Below, one piece after another: positions 14,735 to 28,240 of a DNA stretch of 64,000 nt. Each line of letters starts with the position of its first letter. Within the stretch, counting starts at the first letter, position 1. Origin of the DNA: the human T2T-CHM13v2.0 reference genome, Homo sapiens; the NCBI RefSeq assembly GCF_009914755.1, contig NC_060926.1. One strand, given 5' to 3'. The position numbers and the translations under genes are program-made. The notes below the pieces were generated by a model. That model had not been told where the DNA came from and ran no database searches. It saw nothing but the letters and a program-made list of their open reading frames with translations.

Positions 14735-15831
14735 TAAATAATGCCATTTAATTGCATTGAAATATATGTAAATATATTAATATTTTTATTTTGAACCTAA
14801 TATATATTAAAAATTATTACTTATAGACAAGATAAGAACTTTAACTATAGAACTGGTTAATGAGGAGTCTAACTTTGTAAATCCCCAATAAGGTCAGTGA
14901 TATGGGGCCAAATGATAGTGAAAACCATTTCTGATCTTCCCTCTCTTATTTCTACCTCTTAGAGTCCCTGTGAAATTTGGATTGAATCTAAGAATTCAAC
15001 ATATATTCAGTTAGGGCTAAAAAGTTAAAAAGTCTTGGTAATAGTCTTTTCAAACTTGGCCAGGACAAGCCAGAGTATCTCAGGTCATTCTATGCTTTGT
15101 CCATATCCCTATCATCTGTGCTAGGATAGCAATGAAAACAGCTGGAAGGGATTTTGCAGAGAGATATATTTGGGATACCAAAAGCAAGAGGGTGGCTGTT
15201 TGTTTTCATTTATTTTTGTCTGAGGACATTATCGTCTTGATAATTATATATTGTCCATTTACCTTTGAAGCAAACATCTTCATTAAAAGCAACACTTTAG
15301 CTTTTCATGTTGTTCTAGATCATGAAAGAAGATGCACCAAATGACTACTGTAGCTCCAAATTAGAATTTCCCTTAATCTATGATAATCTGGTGACTATAA
15401 TTTTCTAAATATGTTTAAAACCTGCAGGATTCTATTGCTAGGTTCGTATTTGCAGAGAAATTTGCCTTGTGATCATGGTTCACTCTGCTTGTTGAATTAG
15501 GCAGAAAATGGCGCTAAGTAAGCCTTTGCAATCTGCTTTCTACCTTAAGCGGAATCATTTTCTGGTATCTGTCAGTCCAGTTTCCCCCACATAAGAATGT
15601 GATGTCTTAGGAAAAACTGCTGATATTAATTACCGACTCTGAGTTCATCCAGCATCATGATGATGCATTATGGGAAATATTGTTGGGTTTTGCCCATGTA
15701 TTTAGTTATCATCTTTTCAGAGCTTCCTCAAGTATGGGAGCCCATTTGCTTCTTGTTTTCAAAAACTATCTAGTGTAGAAGGAGATAACAAGTATTGTGA
15801 TTGTGGCTGTTCATATGCTTTTATTCATTAG

Positions 15832-15960
15832 GTAAATGGGAGAGATGTCACCGGACGAACCCAGGAAGAGCTTGTGGCCATGCTCAGGAGCACCAAGCAG
15901 GGGGAGACAGCATCGCTGGTCATTGCCCGCCAAGAAGGACATTTTCTGCCCCGAGAGTTG
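15832..15960 (+). CDS. PARD3B: PARD3B coding exon (129 nt, phase 0/0), second half of PDZ2: VNGRDVTGRTQEELVAMLRSTKQGETASLVIARQEGHFLPREL
   Basis: ttcattag| acceptor and TTG|gtaatg donor. Continues ...RILE-VNG in frame. Confidence 0.95.
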
Positions 15961-16711
15961 GTAATGTTCAGATCTCAGTCTCACTGAATTTTTAATGCCG
16001 AGCTTAATACACTCAATGAACTCATTATAGCTGAGAAACGAGTTCTAAATCACAGGCTTCATTCATAACCAAAATTGAATCACACTCAGGGTATTTTACC
16101 CCATTTGGGGTATCGCATTTTTAAAACATTGATACAGCCAGTGGGTATATGTAAACAGTGATTCCGGGGCACAGATTCAAACACCTTTAGCAATAAGCAA
16201 CTATTCAACAGTATGCAACTAATTCAATAAAATATATATTGAATATGTGCTACGTGCGAAGCCCTAGGCAAAACACAGTCAGCAAAATAATTTGTGGACC
16301 TACTTTAATGAAGTTTACAGTCTAACAGGAAATAAAAAGATAGCCAAGTATTCAAAATGGCGATGAAGATTATGAAGGGAAAATGCAGAGTGCCATGATA
16401 ACATAGAACAAGGGTATTTAACCTATTCTTGAGGGCTGGGATAGACATCTTGAGAAAGATGAGTTCAAAAGCCTTATTAAAAATGTATACCCTTAGACCT
16501 AGTAACTAGACTTCAAGTAATCTGTCCTAAACTGATGATCAAAGATGTGGAAAAAATTCATGTACATTGATTTTTTCCCCTCAAGTTCTATCTATTGCAG
16601 TGATATATTGGGTCCTGTATAACTGTAAGGCATTGGTTAGATAAATAACTAGATAGCTTGCCAGTGAAATATAGAAGTACTTAAAATGGTTTCTGTAAAA
16701 AATTGATAATA

Positions 16712-16996
<285 letters not shown>

Positions 16997-17226
16997 TTGA
17001 TAATAGCATGAGAAAATGTTCATAATCTAATACTATATTTAAAAGTAGGATGTAAAATTATTTGTGCAGTATCATTAAATTACATTTTAAAACGTTAACA
17101 ACTAGAAGCAGATACATCTGGGATATTGGTTATGAGAGGTTTTCATTTTCTTTTCTTACCATAAATAAATATTATTTATTTTATTGAAATTGTGCTTTTA
17201 AGAATGCTATAGAAAATTCAAAAGGA

Positions 17227-17535
17227 GGACAGGTGCAGTGGCTCATGCCTGTAATCCCAGCACTTTGGGAGGCCGAGGCAGGTGGATCACCTGAGGTCAG
17301 GAGTTCGAAACCTGACCAGTATGGTGAAACCCCGTCTCTACTAAAAAATACAAAAAGTAGCCAGGCATGGTGGCATGTGCCTGTAGTCCCAGCTGCTCAG
17401 GAGGCTGAGACAGGAGAATTGCTTGAACCTGGGAAGCAGAGGTTGCAGTGAGCCAAGATTGCACGAGTGCGCTCCAGCCTGGGCAACAGAACGAGACTCT
17501 GTCTCAAAAAAAAAAAAAAAAAAAGGAAAAAGAAA
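17227..17535 (+). mobile_element. Full-length AluS (Sx-like)
   Basis: Dimeric Alu with A tail. TSD agaaaattcaaaagg / agaaaattcagaagg. Confidence 0.92.
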
Positions 17536-18679
17536 AGAAAATTCAGAAGGGATTTTGTAGCTAATAACAAATAGAAACAAATGTGATAAAAGGACTTGTA
17601 TTTACTCCTTGTTATTTCCTTTGAATCTGTATAAGAATTGACAAAGGCACATGTAGGTTCCCAGAGTTAGGTTATTGGAACAGTAAGGATTAGTTGACAG
17701 AACTGATGATGTTTCACTTGAAGAAGAGAAATTTTAGGAGACATGACAGTTATTATCAAATATGTAAAGAGTTATTGTATGGATTGGAAAGTAGACCTGA
17801 TCTGTTTCTTCAGACAGTTTCCAAGTTTCCTTGGCATGGAATTTTCTTTCTCCCTTTCCTTCTCTTTCCCATCATCTTACCCATTTTTCCCTTTCCTTAT
17901 TGTGTACTCTGGGGAGATCTGTAACAAAATAGGGAAAATAAGAAAAAAAGAGTGATCTGAGTCATGCAGATATAGTCCCCATTTCCATTCCTCTACTTGA
18001 CTCCTCCATACCCAACCATTTGAAAGGTAGAATCCTGAATGTCTGTCTCATCTCCTCACACTTTCTAGAGAAATGATGCAGAAACTTGGAGTCTGGATTT
18101 TTTTTCTAAAATACAGATGGATTCTTCTTTCAATCTTTTATTTATCCAAAGACCTTGGTCTTTCTCTACAAGGGTCAAAGTGAAAAGAAACAATAAAAAG
18201 GGGGGCAGTTATGTGTATGCACCACAAGAGGCCCTTTCATTTCTTGTCTGATATTTAGGTTGTTAGAAATAAAAACTCTCCAAAATCCTCAGTGGAACTA
18301 TGTGCTTATTTCTGAGATAGGAGAGCAAAGAAATAAGTTTTGACTGTGTATTCCATTGAACTGTGGTCCTGGAAGAAATAAAACCCTGCATAAAAACAGA
18401 AATATTTCAGGCAGCCCCTGAGCATGCAAAAGAATGCAACCACAGAACTCCAACTAGGAACTTAAACCCTCGAGCCTGCAGTTTCTGTCTAGTAGTTCCT
18501 TATACCTTTCTCCCATATGTCCTCTGGAATTTTTAACCCCACAGTTAATACCTTCTTCCTAGAAGCTATGCCCCTCCACCAGGTAAGGGATGCTGATTTA
18601 TCCCAGTTTGAAGCTCTGAATTCATTCCTCATCAAAGGCAATTATATCTGGAAGTTAGCAACTGGAATAACATTTAACA

Positions 18680-18890
18680 TTGTCTCTGGAGTTCACATCC
18701 CAGAATTCAACTTCTGTATCCACCACTTACTAGCTGTGTGATGTAGAGCCATTCGGAACATCACTCAGAGGCTGTTTCCTCATCTGTATTGTAAGAATTG
18801 TTGTGAAGATTAAATGAGATAATACAGGCAAAGCTTGTAGCATAGTTTCTGGCTAATTGTAAGTTCTCAAAATACGTTAGCTATAATTTT
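18680..18890 (+). mobile_element. MIR
   Basis: ccacttactagctgtgtga...tgtttcctcatctgta...gttgtgaagattaaatgagataata. Confidence 0.75.
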
Positions 18891-21800
18891 TTTTTCTAAT
18901 ACATGACCATTTCTGTAGTAGTGTAAACACAATTCTATACTCTAGATATATTATGGGGTAGATAGATTTATGCAGCCTTGCCTGGGACTAACCACTATTT
19001 TTGAACAATGATTGTTTTATTTTTTTATTATTTTATAATGTATTCTGGGATCCAAAATACTGAGTTAAAAACAACATTTTTATAACCAGTCAAATTGATA
19101 AGGGAGGCAGCTGTATGTGTTATTTCACTCTCATTTAATGGAATTTAGTGAAATTTGATTTCTATCCCAGAATGACATAGGCCAAGTCCACCAGGGAGCA
19201 TATTAAGTTAACTGTGCAACTGTGAGATTATGAGTGCAAACAAATTATTTGTTCTCATTGTTTCTAGTTCTATACTAAATTTGGAGGGTATATGCTTAGT
19301 ATTCATTCCTTTAGAAGTTTCTAGCAAATATCTAGACTCTCAAAAATAGTTGACAGTCAACCATCCAAATATGTGGAATTTTCTTTGTCACCATAGCAAA
19401 GCAAGGGCATTTGAGGTTTATAAGCACCTAAGTCACGTGGACCCATAGCCTTCCTATTGGAGAAATAAGGAAAAGCACTCTTTTTCCAGCCCAAATGCCT
19501 GCCTCGAATGCCAAGAGGCAAGAACCTTGCAGGAAGTTTAAAAAGAGGTGATGTTTGGCACGTGCTGGGCTATTTCAGTGGGAATTACTTCATAGTGTGG
19601 CATACACCGGCCTGTTTGAAAGGGCAAAATAAAGAAGTGTGTTATGTGATACATCTTTGTGTTTTCCTTTCAAAAACTTGAAGGTGATATCACTTTGGTC
19701 TCTTCTTCCTTATCATGATTGATGTACACACTTGACTTTCCATTGAAAATCTGGCAGGATGAAGGAAGGACAGCACTTCCTACTTTTGTCGTGTTCTATC
19801 TCCTTTGAGGAAAACAAACTGTGTTTATTGGTTTCCTCTTCTAAGAAACTGTCCTCTTTTGTTAAGCCTTGCTGTTCTGCGAGCTCTGTACCTTCTTAAC
19901 AGCACTGCACTGCCTAGTTTCCGACGCTTAAATCTTCCTTACTTCCTTGTTATCGTTAGCTTCTTGTAAAGTCTTAACACTTAAGCTAAGGGAGCATGTG
20001 GTCAGCAGTTATACAGGAAGTCCCAATATAGAATTGTCTCTTGGATGTGACTCTGTCATTCTGAAGGCCATGGTATCCATTTCCTGGTCATTTCTCCTGA
20101 CCTGCCACCTAAAAGAACTGTGCTGAACTCCTATATTCTAGTTCGTGTCCTTCCTGAGCAATTGATTAACGTCCCAAGTTTAGCAGCATATTTAGCCAAC
20201 CTTCTTTCCATCTGGGGCAGACCGGGTTGAAAATCAAGTGAGAGGAATTTATATAATAACATTACAACTATTTAGCTGTTTCTAGCATCTTTACCAAAAG
20301 AAGGGTATTTCAAAGATAATCTTTCCAGAATCCCATTCTGAAAGATCCTTTGGTGTCCTCACCCCCTGACTGGGTGAGAGTTTACTGAAGAGGTGTTCAC
20401 ATAAGGAACAGTTTTGCAGAAGGTACTTTGAGATTAGTTTTGGTAATAGATTTAGAATCTGAAGGCTAAACTGCTGTGTCTGTGTCTATACTTGAAATGA
20501 AAACTATGCTAGTTAATCAACTGGTGGTTTGCGTGGTCAGTTCTGTAAGAGATGTGGCCTACAAATTCTTTTCTGTCTCTGATACCTGAAATTCTTTCTT
20601 ATGCTAAATGTCAGATAAAGCCGTATTTCCACTTAAGAAAGCTCCTGAAAAACTGAAGTTTTTCTGTTAATTTCATGGCTTCATTTCTTTAAGAGCTAGA
20701 GAGAGAAGGAGAAAGTTATTTGCTATGTATGTGTGTGTACATGTGCATGTATGTGCATGTCTTCTTTTTTTATTGGGTAGAAAGGAAGATTCTGCCCTTT
20801 CTTTGTTAACCTCTTTAACGTTTCATTTTCTGACCTGCTGCCTTATTTCTAAATCATCCTGAAAATCACAGCAACCCCTGGTGGGTAAAATGAGCTTAAA
20901 AAATTTCAAATGTATTTATAATTTCTACCTGCCACGTTTGCCTGCTATTTGATGCTGGCCTCTGCAAGTGAGATTAACTGTATTTCAAGCAAGCAAGTTT
21001 CTCCTGCCTGGCATGATTGAAAACCAAAAGTTAGCCATGTTTGTCATGCTGCTTTGACCTTCACTTAGGAATATTGCTTTTGCTGAGAAAAAATGATGCA
21101 CATGCATGTGGAACCCTACTTAACAGTTGCTGAGCTTAGTGTAGTCCAACACTGTCATGGTTACCTGTCCCTGTGACTACCTTAGCATGCGAGATGTGGT
21201 TCCAACTCTTTCTTATTTTTAAGTAAAAAGTTCACATCTTGAAATGTCAAATTATTTAGCATCATAAATTATAGAATTTTGGTTTGAAATCTTAGATGAA
21301 CCTCATTTAAATGATATATTATTTCATTCCCTTTGGCTATTTGATTCAAATGATTCCATGCTTAATTAACTGAGATACTTAAGGAAAAATGAATATTATA
21401 GCAGTTATTTGTGGATAAGTAGCAGAAATTGAAAGATAATTTCAAAATGATTTTTCTACCTAAACTAATGTGCATGAGATATGTTCTGGAATTTAAATAA
21501 TTATGCAAAATCCAAAGTACCTTGCTATATTTTATGTATTCTCCAAGTAACACAGTTCATGTCTTATGATGAAGTCCTTGCTAAGACAGAGTTTCTTTTT
21601 CAGCTTTTCCCTACAATAATTTCCATTTTCTTCTTACTGCATTTTCATTCAACCAGTATGTACTGAATCTTAGTCAAGGCTCTGCAACATGAACTTCCAG
21701 AGATGAAGCTAGAAGCTTCATCTGAAGATGTGTCCTGTCTTCAAGGAGCTTCTAGCCCATAAAGAAAAGAAGAGTGATAAGTGGATCAAATGAGCAAATA

Positions 21801-22109
21801 AATTGTTACAGGGATTCAAAGTATGTCAGGAACCAAGAAAACCTTCAAGAACATGACAGCATTTGAAAAAGAGACTTGAGAATTGAATAAATTTCAAGAT
21901 GCAGAGCCACATGGGCAAAAGAAATACTCTCTTCAGTTACTCAGAGATTAGAAAGTACTAAAGTACAATAAGACCGTAAGCAGCCCAGTTTGACAGATTA
22001 CCGAACAGGAGACTAAGATGAGAAGTAGTGCTATTTTGAATAAGTTTGGAGGGGAAAAAAGATGTTGGGATATCTATTAAGAGCTTATTGTAATTCACTA
22101 GAGGGTACC

Positions 22110-22345
22110 AGTAAGGAGCTTGGGACCTGGAATCCGTCACACCTGGGTTGAGCCTTGACTCTATCACTTATTGATTAAATGGCCTTGATGAAGTTATCTC
22201 CCTGAGCCTCCATTCCTCTTCTGTAACACAGGGACTAGACTAGTGTCTACCCAAGAGACTAGTTGTTAGGATTAAATGAGATGCATGTAAAATGCTTACA
22301 TTGGGCCACAGAGAATGGGATTTAACAAATATTCCTTGTTATTAT
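22110..22345 (+). mobile_element. MIR
   Basis: cctgggttgagcc...ctgagcctccattcctcttctgtaa...aggattaaatgagat. Confidence 0.7.
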
Positions 22346-22889
22346 AACCATTGCTCATTTGAATGAGAGATATTAAGTGCACAGATTAGATTTTCCCACC
22401 TGTTAAGAATGGAGAGAAGAAAATATTGTGGTAGAAAACTTTGGTTTTGGCAACTGGTAGATGTGGGAGTGAAGGAGTGAGAAATATCAATAATTCCAAA
22501 GTTTTTAATTTGGCTGTGTTGTGATATTATTACTTGTTGCAGGAGAAAACAATTTTTATTATCCTAGAGTTTTATGACTTTCATGAATCCCAAGCTGTTT
22601 TATGGGCCAGTGAGCCTCGGCATTTTTCTTCCCCTACTCTCTACTCTCATTCCAAACTCTTCATCTTTGAAAGGGAGGACACTCCTCTCCTCCCTTTTAT
22701 CTCAAAACTCCTTAAGATATCTACTTATAGGTCATTTGCTTGGGCAAAGCTTCCTTGAACCCCCAAGTCTAGTTTATGGAACCTTACGCAGCTTTCCATC
22801 CATATTAAGGGTTCACCTCAGCATGCGCCCGAATCACACAATATTATAATTTCTCCAATAGACCTTAAGAACTATAAAGAAATAGTCCT

Positions 22890-23090
22890 TAAGATGCCAC
22901 ATTTGGGAATCTCATGGCCTGGATGTGAATCCCTGCTTTGCAGTTTCATTTAGCCTTTCAGTGTCTCAATTTCCTCATTTGTTAAAAATGAGGATAAAAG
23001 CAACACCTACCTTGTAGGGTTGTGTGAGAATTAACTGTGTGCAGCTGTTGACGCACAGTGAGTGCCAAATCATATTAATCCTTGTTATTT
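22890..23090 (+). mobile_element. MIR, followed by an L2 3'-end remnant (tgaatgaatgaa, ~23135)
   Basis: gtctcaatttcctcatttgttaaaaatgaggata...ctaccttgtagggttgtgtgagaatt. Confidence 0.65.
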
Positions 23091-23553
23091 CCTGTGCCTA
23101 GAGCATAGTGTGTGCTCAGTGGATATTTGTTGACTGAATGAATGAAAGCTACGCATTACTAAAGTTGGTGATATAGAAGGCTGGGAAACGTATTACTAAA
23201 TGAGCCATTACTGCTAGTCTGTATCTAGTCTGCATTCAGTATATTATTATCCTGTACAATTCTTTTAAACCAAATTAAAAAAATATATGCAGGGATTTTC
23301 TCTGAGCAATAGCGATTTCTGATTTACAGCTGCGTGCCACAATGAGGGTTAGGATAGTTTTCCATGTAAATGACAGCTTCAGTGGTTTAAGTTACCATGA
23401 TGACATTTGCACAATCTAGTTGTACAGTTTACTTGTAAAGACATATGAGAGCCATAAGTATCATGTTATAATTTGAAATGTTAGCGGTATTTTTACAGTA
23501 TCGTGTTAAAGTATTTTAAATGCTTCAATTTGGGCTGCAATAATTTGTTAGAA

Positions 23554-23739
23554 CAATGGTTCTCAGAGTGTGGTCTCAGGCTAGTAGTCTTGGCATCACT
23601 TGGGGATTTGGTAAGCATGCAGATTGCCAGGCTCCCTCCACACCTACTGAACCAGAAATTCTGGAGGTGGGCTTAGAAATCTGTATTGTAACAAGCCTTC
23701 CAGATAATTCTGGTGCTCACTCAAGTTTGAGAACCATTG
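23554..23739. mobile_element. MER5A (hAT-Charlie MITE)
   Basis: Perfect 12-bp TIRs caatggttctca / tgagaaccattg. Internal atgcagatt...agaaattctggaggtggg...aacaagcc is typical of MER5A. Confidence 0.88.
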
Positions 23740-24450
23740 GAATAGTGGTTTCATTATAAAGAACATGAAGCCTGTAGGATAACTTAGTGGCTATTGCTGA
23801 CTAGCTTCAGTGATCAAATTTTCAACTTTATGTCTCCTGTGAAAAATGTCTTGTTCTGGGAAAAATATTCTGTGAAATTTTTTAAGCCCAGTTGAGTTGT
23901 GCCTTTTTGGCTATGTGCCCCTCATTTTGGCAAAGGGCCAGTGCTGAGTGCAATGCAGTTACCCAACTCAATTACCCCTGATTCATTTAGGCAAACTCAA
24001 TTGTACTTGACTTTCTCAGGTCCAACTCGATTGTGCTTTAAAATTTCCACACTCAATTTGATTGTGCTCAAAATTTTTTATGTGCCACCTTGTAACTTGT
24101 AGATTCAGACACATATCACAGGAGGTACTTTTGAGAGACTTGGAATATTGGGTTGTTGGTATTTGTTTGCAGTTATACCCATTTCCCTTCTTCCTTTCCT
24201 CTTATCACCTCTATTGGAGGCTTTAGGGTAAGATATGTTCCATTGACCCCATTACATGGACAATATTCCAGCATCCACCCTTTTACTATGGTTGGACTCA
24301 AGTTAGAGATATCACAGATTCTAGGAAAGTGATCCTTAAACTGTCACAAAGCAACTGTGCTTAGTTTCCATTTATCTCATTTTAAAGATGAAAGTGAGGT
24401 ACAGAAACACTGCCCCTTACCAGCATTTACATCGTCAAAATCAGAAATAC

Positions 24451-24743
24451 GACTGGGTGTGGTGGCTCATGCCTGTAATCCCATCACTTCAGGAGGCTGA
24501 GGTTGGTGGATTGCTTGAACCCAGGAGTTTGAGACCAGGCTGGACAACATGGTGAAACCCCATCTCTACAAAAAAAAAAAAAAAAATTAGCCAGGCATGG
24601 TGGCACACACCTGTAGTCCCAGCCACTTGGTAGGCTGAGGCAGGAGGATCATCTGAGCCTAGAGAAGTAGAGGCTGTAGTGAACCAAGATCATGCCACTG
24701 CACTCTAGCCTGGGCAACAGAGTGAGACCCTGTCTCAAAAAAC
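24451..24743 (+). mobile_element. AluJ
   Basis: ggattgcttgaacccaggagttt and gaggctgtagtga...gagaccctgtctc. TSD-like tcagaaata on both sides. Confidence 0.9.
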
Positions 24744-27739
24744 AAAGTCAGAAATAGCTTTTAAGTAAGACTTCCACCTCACTGAGGTAAATGCTGTACC
24801 TTCTCTCACTTGTGCAATGTGCTCAGAGACTGGGTCCTTAATCATGGCCAGCTTTTTGAATGTGCTCAATAGCCCACAAGGCCAAGGGATTAATAGTCAT
24901 TTGCTGCTCCCTAAGAAGTACTTATATCTGGAAGAATTCTACTGAACTATTGTCAGCAAAATCTAGTCTTGATAAAATAGGTGATGATAAATGCTGTGGT
25001 TCAGCATTATTAAAACAGATGGAGGAAGTGCGGGGCTATTTTGCTGGGTTGTATGGCTTCCAGGTGTCAGAATGTAAATACTTAATGGCTTTTATCACAA
25101 GATGGGTTTTGTTGGAGATTGGAAGGTAGTGGAAGGAGGAGTGTTCTATGTTGTAAAGATCTCATGACATTTCAGAAAACTGGGGCCTAAATACGTTGTC
25201 TTGCAAAGTTAGCAGTGAAGAGCTATGAGATTTGGCCTCATTTTCATGGTGCATGACATATGTCTTATTAGTGGCGACTGTGGCTATGATTATGCTTCTG
25301 GAGACTGGAGAAAAAGAATTTTCTGAATTTATATATTTGAACAGCTCGGAAAAAGTCATATTGTGACCAACCACCTACTATATCTTATCATCCAGTTAGC
25401 CAAATGTTACCAGTAATTTAGGCCAGCTGTTGATTTGGAGCAAGCTGGATAAGAAGTTGGTTACAAAACTTAGGGGACAACCTTGATTTGCTTAATTGCC
25501 TCCATGCCTGTGATCAGTACATTTGTTAAGGTACATTTGGTGTAAGGTAAGGAAATGTGTTCATTTTGTAAAGGATCTTTAAAGATTAGGGAAAAAAATA
25601 CTACCTTAATTGATGGTGGTTGACTTTTCCAGCTGTTATCAAAGTAAATACCACACATGTGAAATTGCCACTACAGTCCATCTCATTTTGAGAGTATAGT
25701 TAGAAGTCTGAACATGTTTCATCTGCCTGGTTTTCCAGGAAAATGTGTGATCTTTATCATTAAAGAATATCAGCTTAAGATCACCTTTTTTTTTTTTTCC
25801 CCTAAGGGCTGGTAAAACAGAGATAGACACTTAAATAACAATCTGTTGCTACTTACTTCTTCTCCTGCCCTGTCCCCAAAGATTCTCTGGGCAATGACTT
25901 TTAAATATGTTCTCATTATTTTTAATGAGTGTGCAGAACATATGACACATAACGCAACAGTAGATAGGTGCCCTTTTACTGAACCTGTCGGATACAATCA
26001 AACATCGCAGGGGTTAAGATGCATTTTTCTTTAAGATACTATAATTATTTAAATTAAGATGTTCAAGTACACATCACATACTATTCAATTCTTGCTGCTG
26101 CCTAAATGATGCCCCACCACAGTCCCAGCTCTCTCTTTAAAAAGAATGTTTTATCCCAAATGTTAAAAAGACCAAAGAACATTTAATATTGTTATGTCTC
26201 TTTAAGTTTACCCTTCTTAAAATCTGTCCCGGATGGCAGGATATTCAATTATAAACGAGTTCAATGATGTTTCCTTGCCACTGATTGAGTTATATGAAGG
26301 ACTTCTATCACCTAGTCTTTCCGTAATTAATCCTTTGCATTTCTTAGAGGTTTAGCACTGCCCCCCACACACCAAAAAAAGGATTGTTTAATGGCTTGAA
26401 ATGTTGTTTCAATTTTCTTATATTTCTTCTTTCTCCCCTTTACCTTCCTCCTTTTCTTTCCATTCTTGCTTCTGACCTCCCATCGTACCTTTCTGGAACT
26501 AAGTAACACTCTATGTGTTTCTCAATTATATAGAACTTATTTACTTCTACTTCACATGAAAATGCCAGGTGGTGGTGGACATAATAGTACATTACATTAA
26601 ATTACATTAAATGCCATTGAAGATGGCAGTGATGGCAGTAGAATAGAGAAAGATATCAGCTCTGAGAACAGCAAAGCTGCCTATGCTATGCATTCGTCCC
26701 ATAAATATTGGAGCCTATGGTTCCCGGCTTATGGAAATGCCTGCCTTAGCACTCTGCAGGTAAGTTACAGACTTTCCACATGACTTGAAAGAGCTGGCTT
26801 TCACCCTTCTCTCCTTCCCAGCAGCTATATATTTCATCTTTAGACCCTTGACTTCCCACTGGAGGAGAAAAACAAACAGAAACAAATCAACAGAAAAGCA
26901 AACAAACAAAAAACAGCACAACAGAAAAACGGCCAGCCAAAACATCTTAGCCATGATTTACTTTCACTCCATCTCTCTGAAATGAAATGTTCTCTTCTAT
27001 GATAATCAAAGAAAGGTTGATGTTCAGAAGAATTGCCATCTTCCACCTCTCTTTCCCTTTTTTCTGGGTCCACATTGGAGATGACAGGAATCAATTGTTC
27101 AGCAAGTATTTACTGAACACCTACTATTCCCAGTTTAGCTGATCAAATATTTATTGAATGTTTATTTTTGCTAGATGCTGTTCCATGCAGTGGGTATTCT
27201 AAAATGTACTAAAACATGATTCTTTAACTCCAGGAGTTCATAGATAATGCTAAGTGGTATTAGAGAAACAATATAAGAATATAGCATGGTACCTGTCAGT
27301 AGGGAAAGCTAATGAAAGAAAAATAGTTGCACAAGTTTCAGGAAGAGGTTAAGGGGCTAATAAGGACATAAAAGTTATAAAAAGGAAGAAATTAAAGTTC
27401 TTTAAAGTCAAAAGACTTTAAAAGTCAAAGGACTTTAAAATCATGAAAGATTTCGTTTATGAGGTGGGACTCTGGTCAGGCCCTAGATAGATTCGAAGAA
27501 GCAAGAAGAGAAAAAAGTTCCAGAAATATGGACAAATAATGAATAACGAACATCTTTCCGAAGGCAGGAAAGAAAACTGCAGAAAAGGAAGGAAAGGAAC
27601 AGAAAGGAACATTTTTGTTAGAGTGACATGTTGTTGGCTACTTATGCTATCATTTAAAGTCGGTAACAAGACCACATTTTTTTAAAAACCCATCAGATGT
27701 GAATTTAAAATCGAACTAATGCCCTCCTTTATAAGTTCT

Positions 27740-28240
27740 ATGTTTTAGTTATCTCTTGCTATTTAACTTAACTACCCACCACTTTAAGAGTTAAAATTAT
27801 GTTTTATTATTTCTCGCAGTTCTGTGGGTTGTGTGACTTCTTCCCCTGCCAGTTTCGTTTAGACTTATGCATGGAGCTGCATTGAACCAGAGAGTCTACT
27901 GGGCGGGAAGGCCCAGAATGGCCTTCCTTACACGTGTCTGTCAGTTGGTACTCTAATAGCTGTTGGGTGGGACACCATGGTCCTCCTTCATGTGCCCTCC
28001 CACCCTCCAAAAGGCTAGTTCAGTGTCCTTACATGGCATTCTCCAAGACAACAAAAGCAGAAGATGTAGGGCTCATAAGTCTTAACTTTGGAAGTTGCAC
28101 TGTGACTTCTGCTTCATCCTTTTGGTCAAAACAAGGTCAAGTCACAAGGCCAGACAAGATCCCAGGGATGGAGGAATAGATTCCTTTCAGGATGGAAAGA
28201 GCACCAAATCACATTTCAAGGAGATATAATTCATGGAGTC
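27740..28240 (-). mobile_element. MLT1 (MaLR LTR), degenerate
   Basis: tagttatctcttgct...ttattatttctcgcagttctgtgggtt...ttggtcaaaacaag...gtcacaaggccag. Boundaries approximate. Confidence 0.65.
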
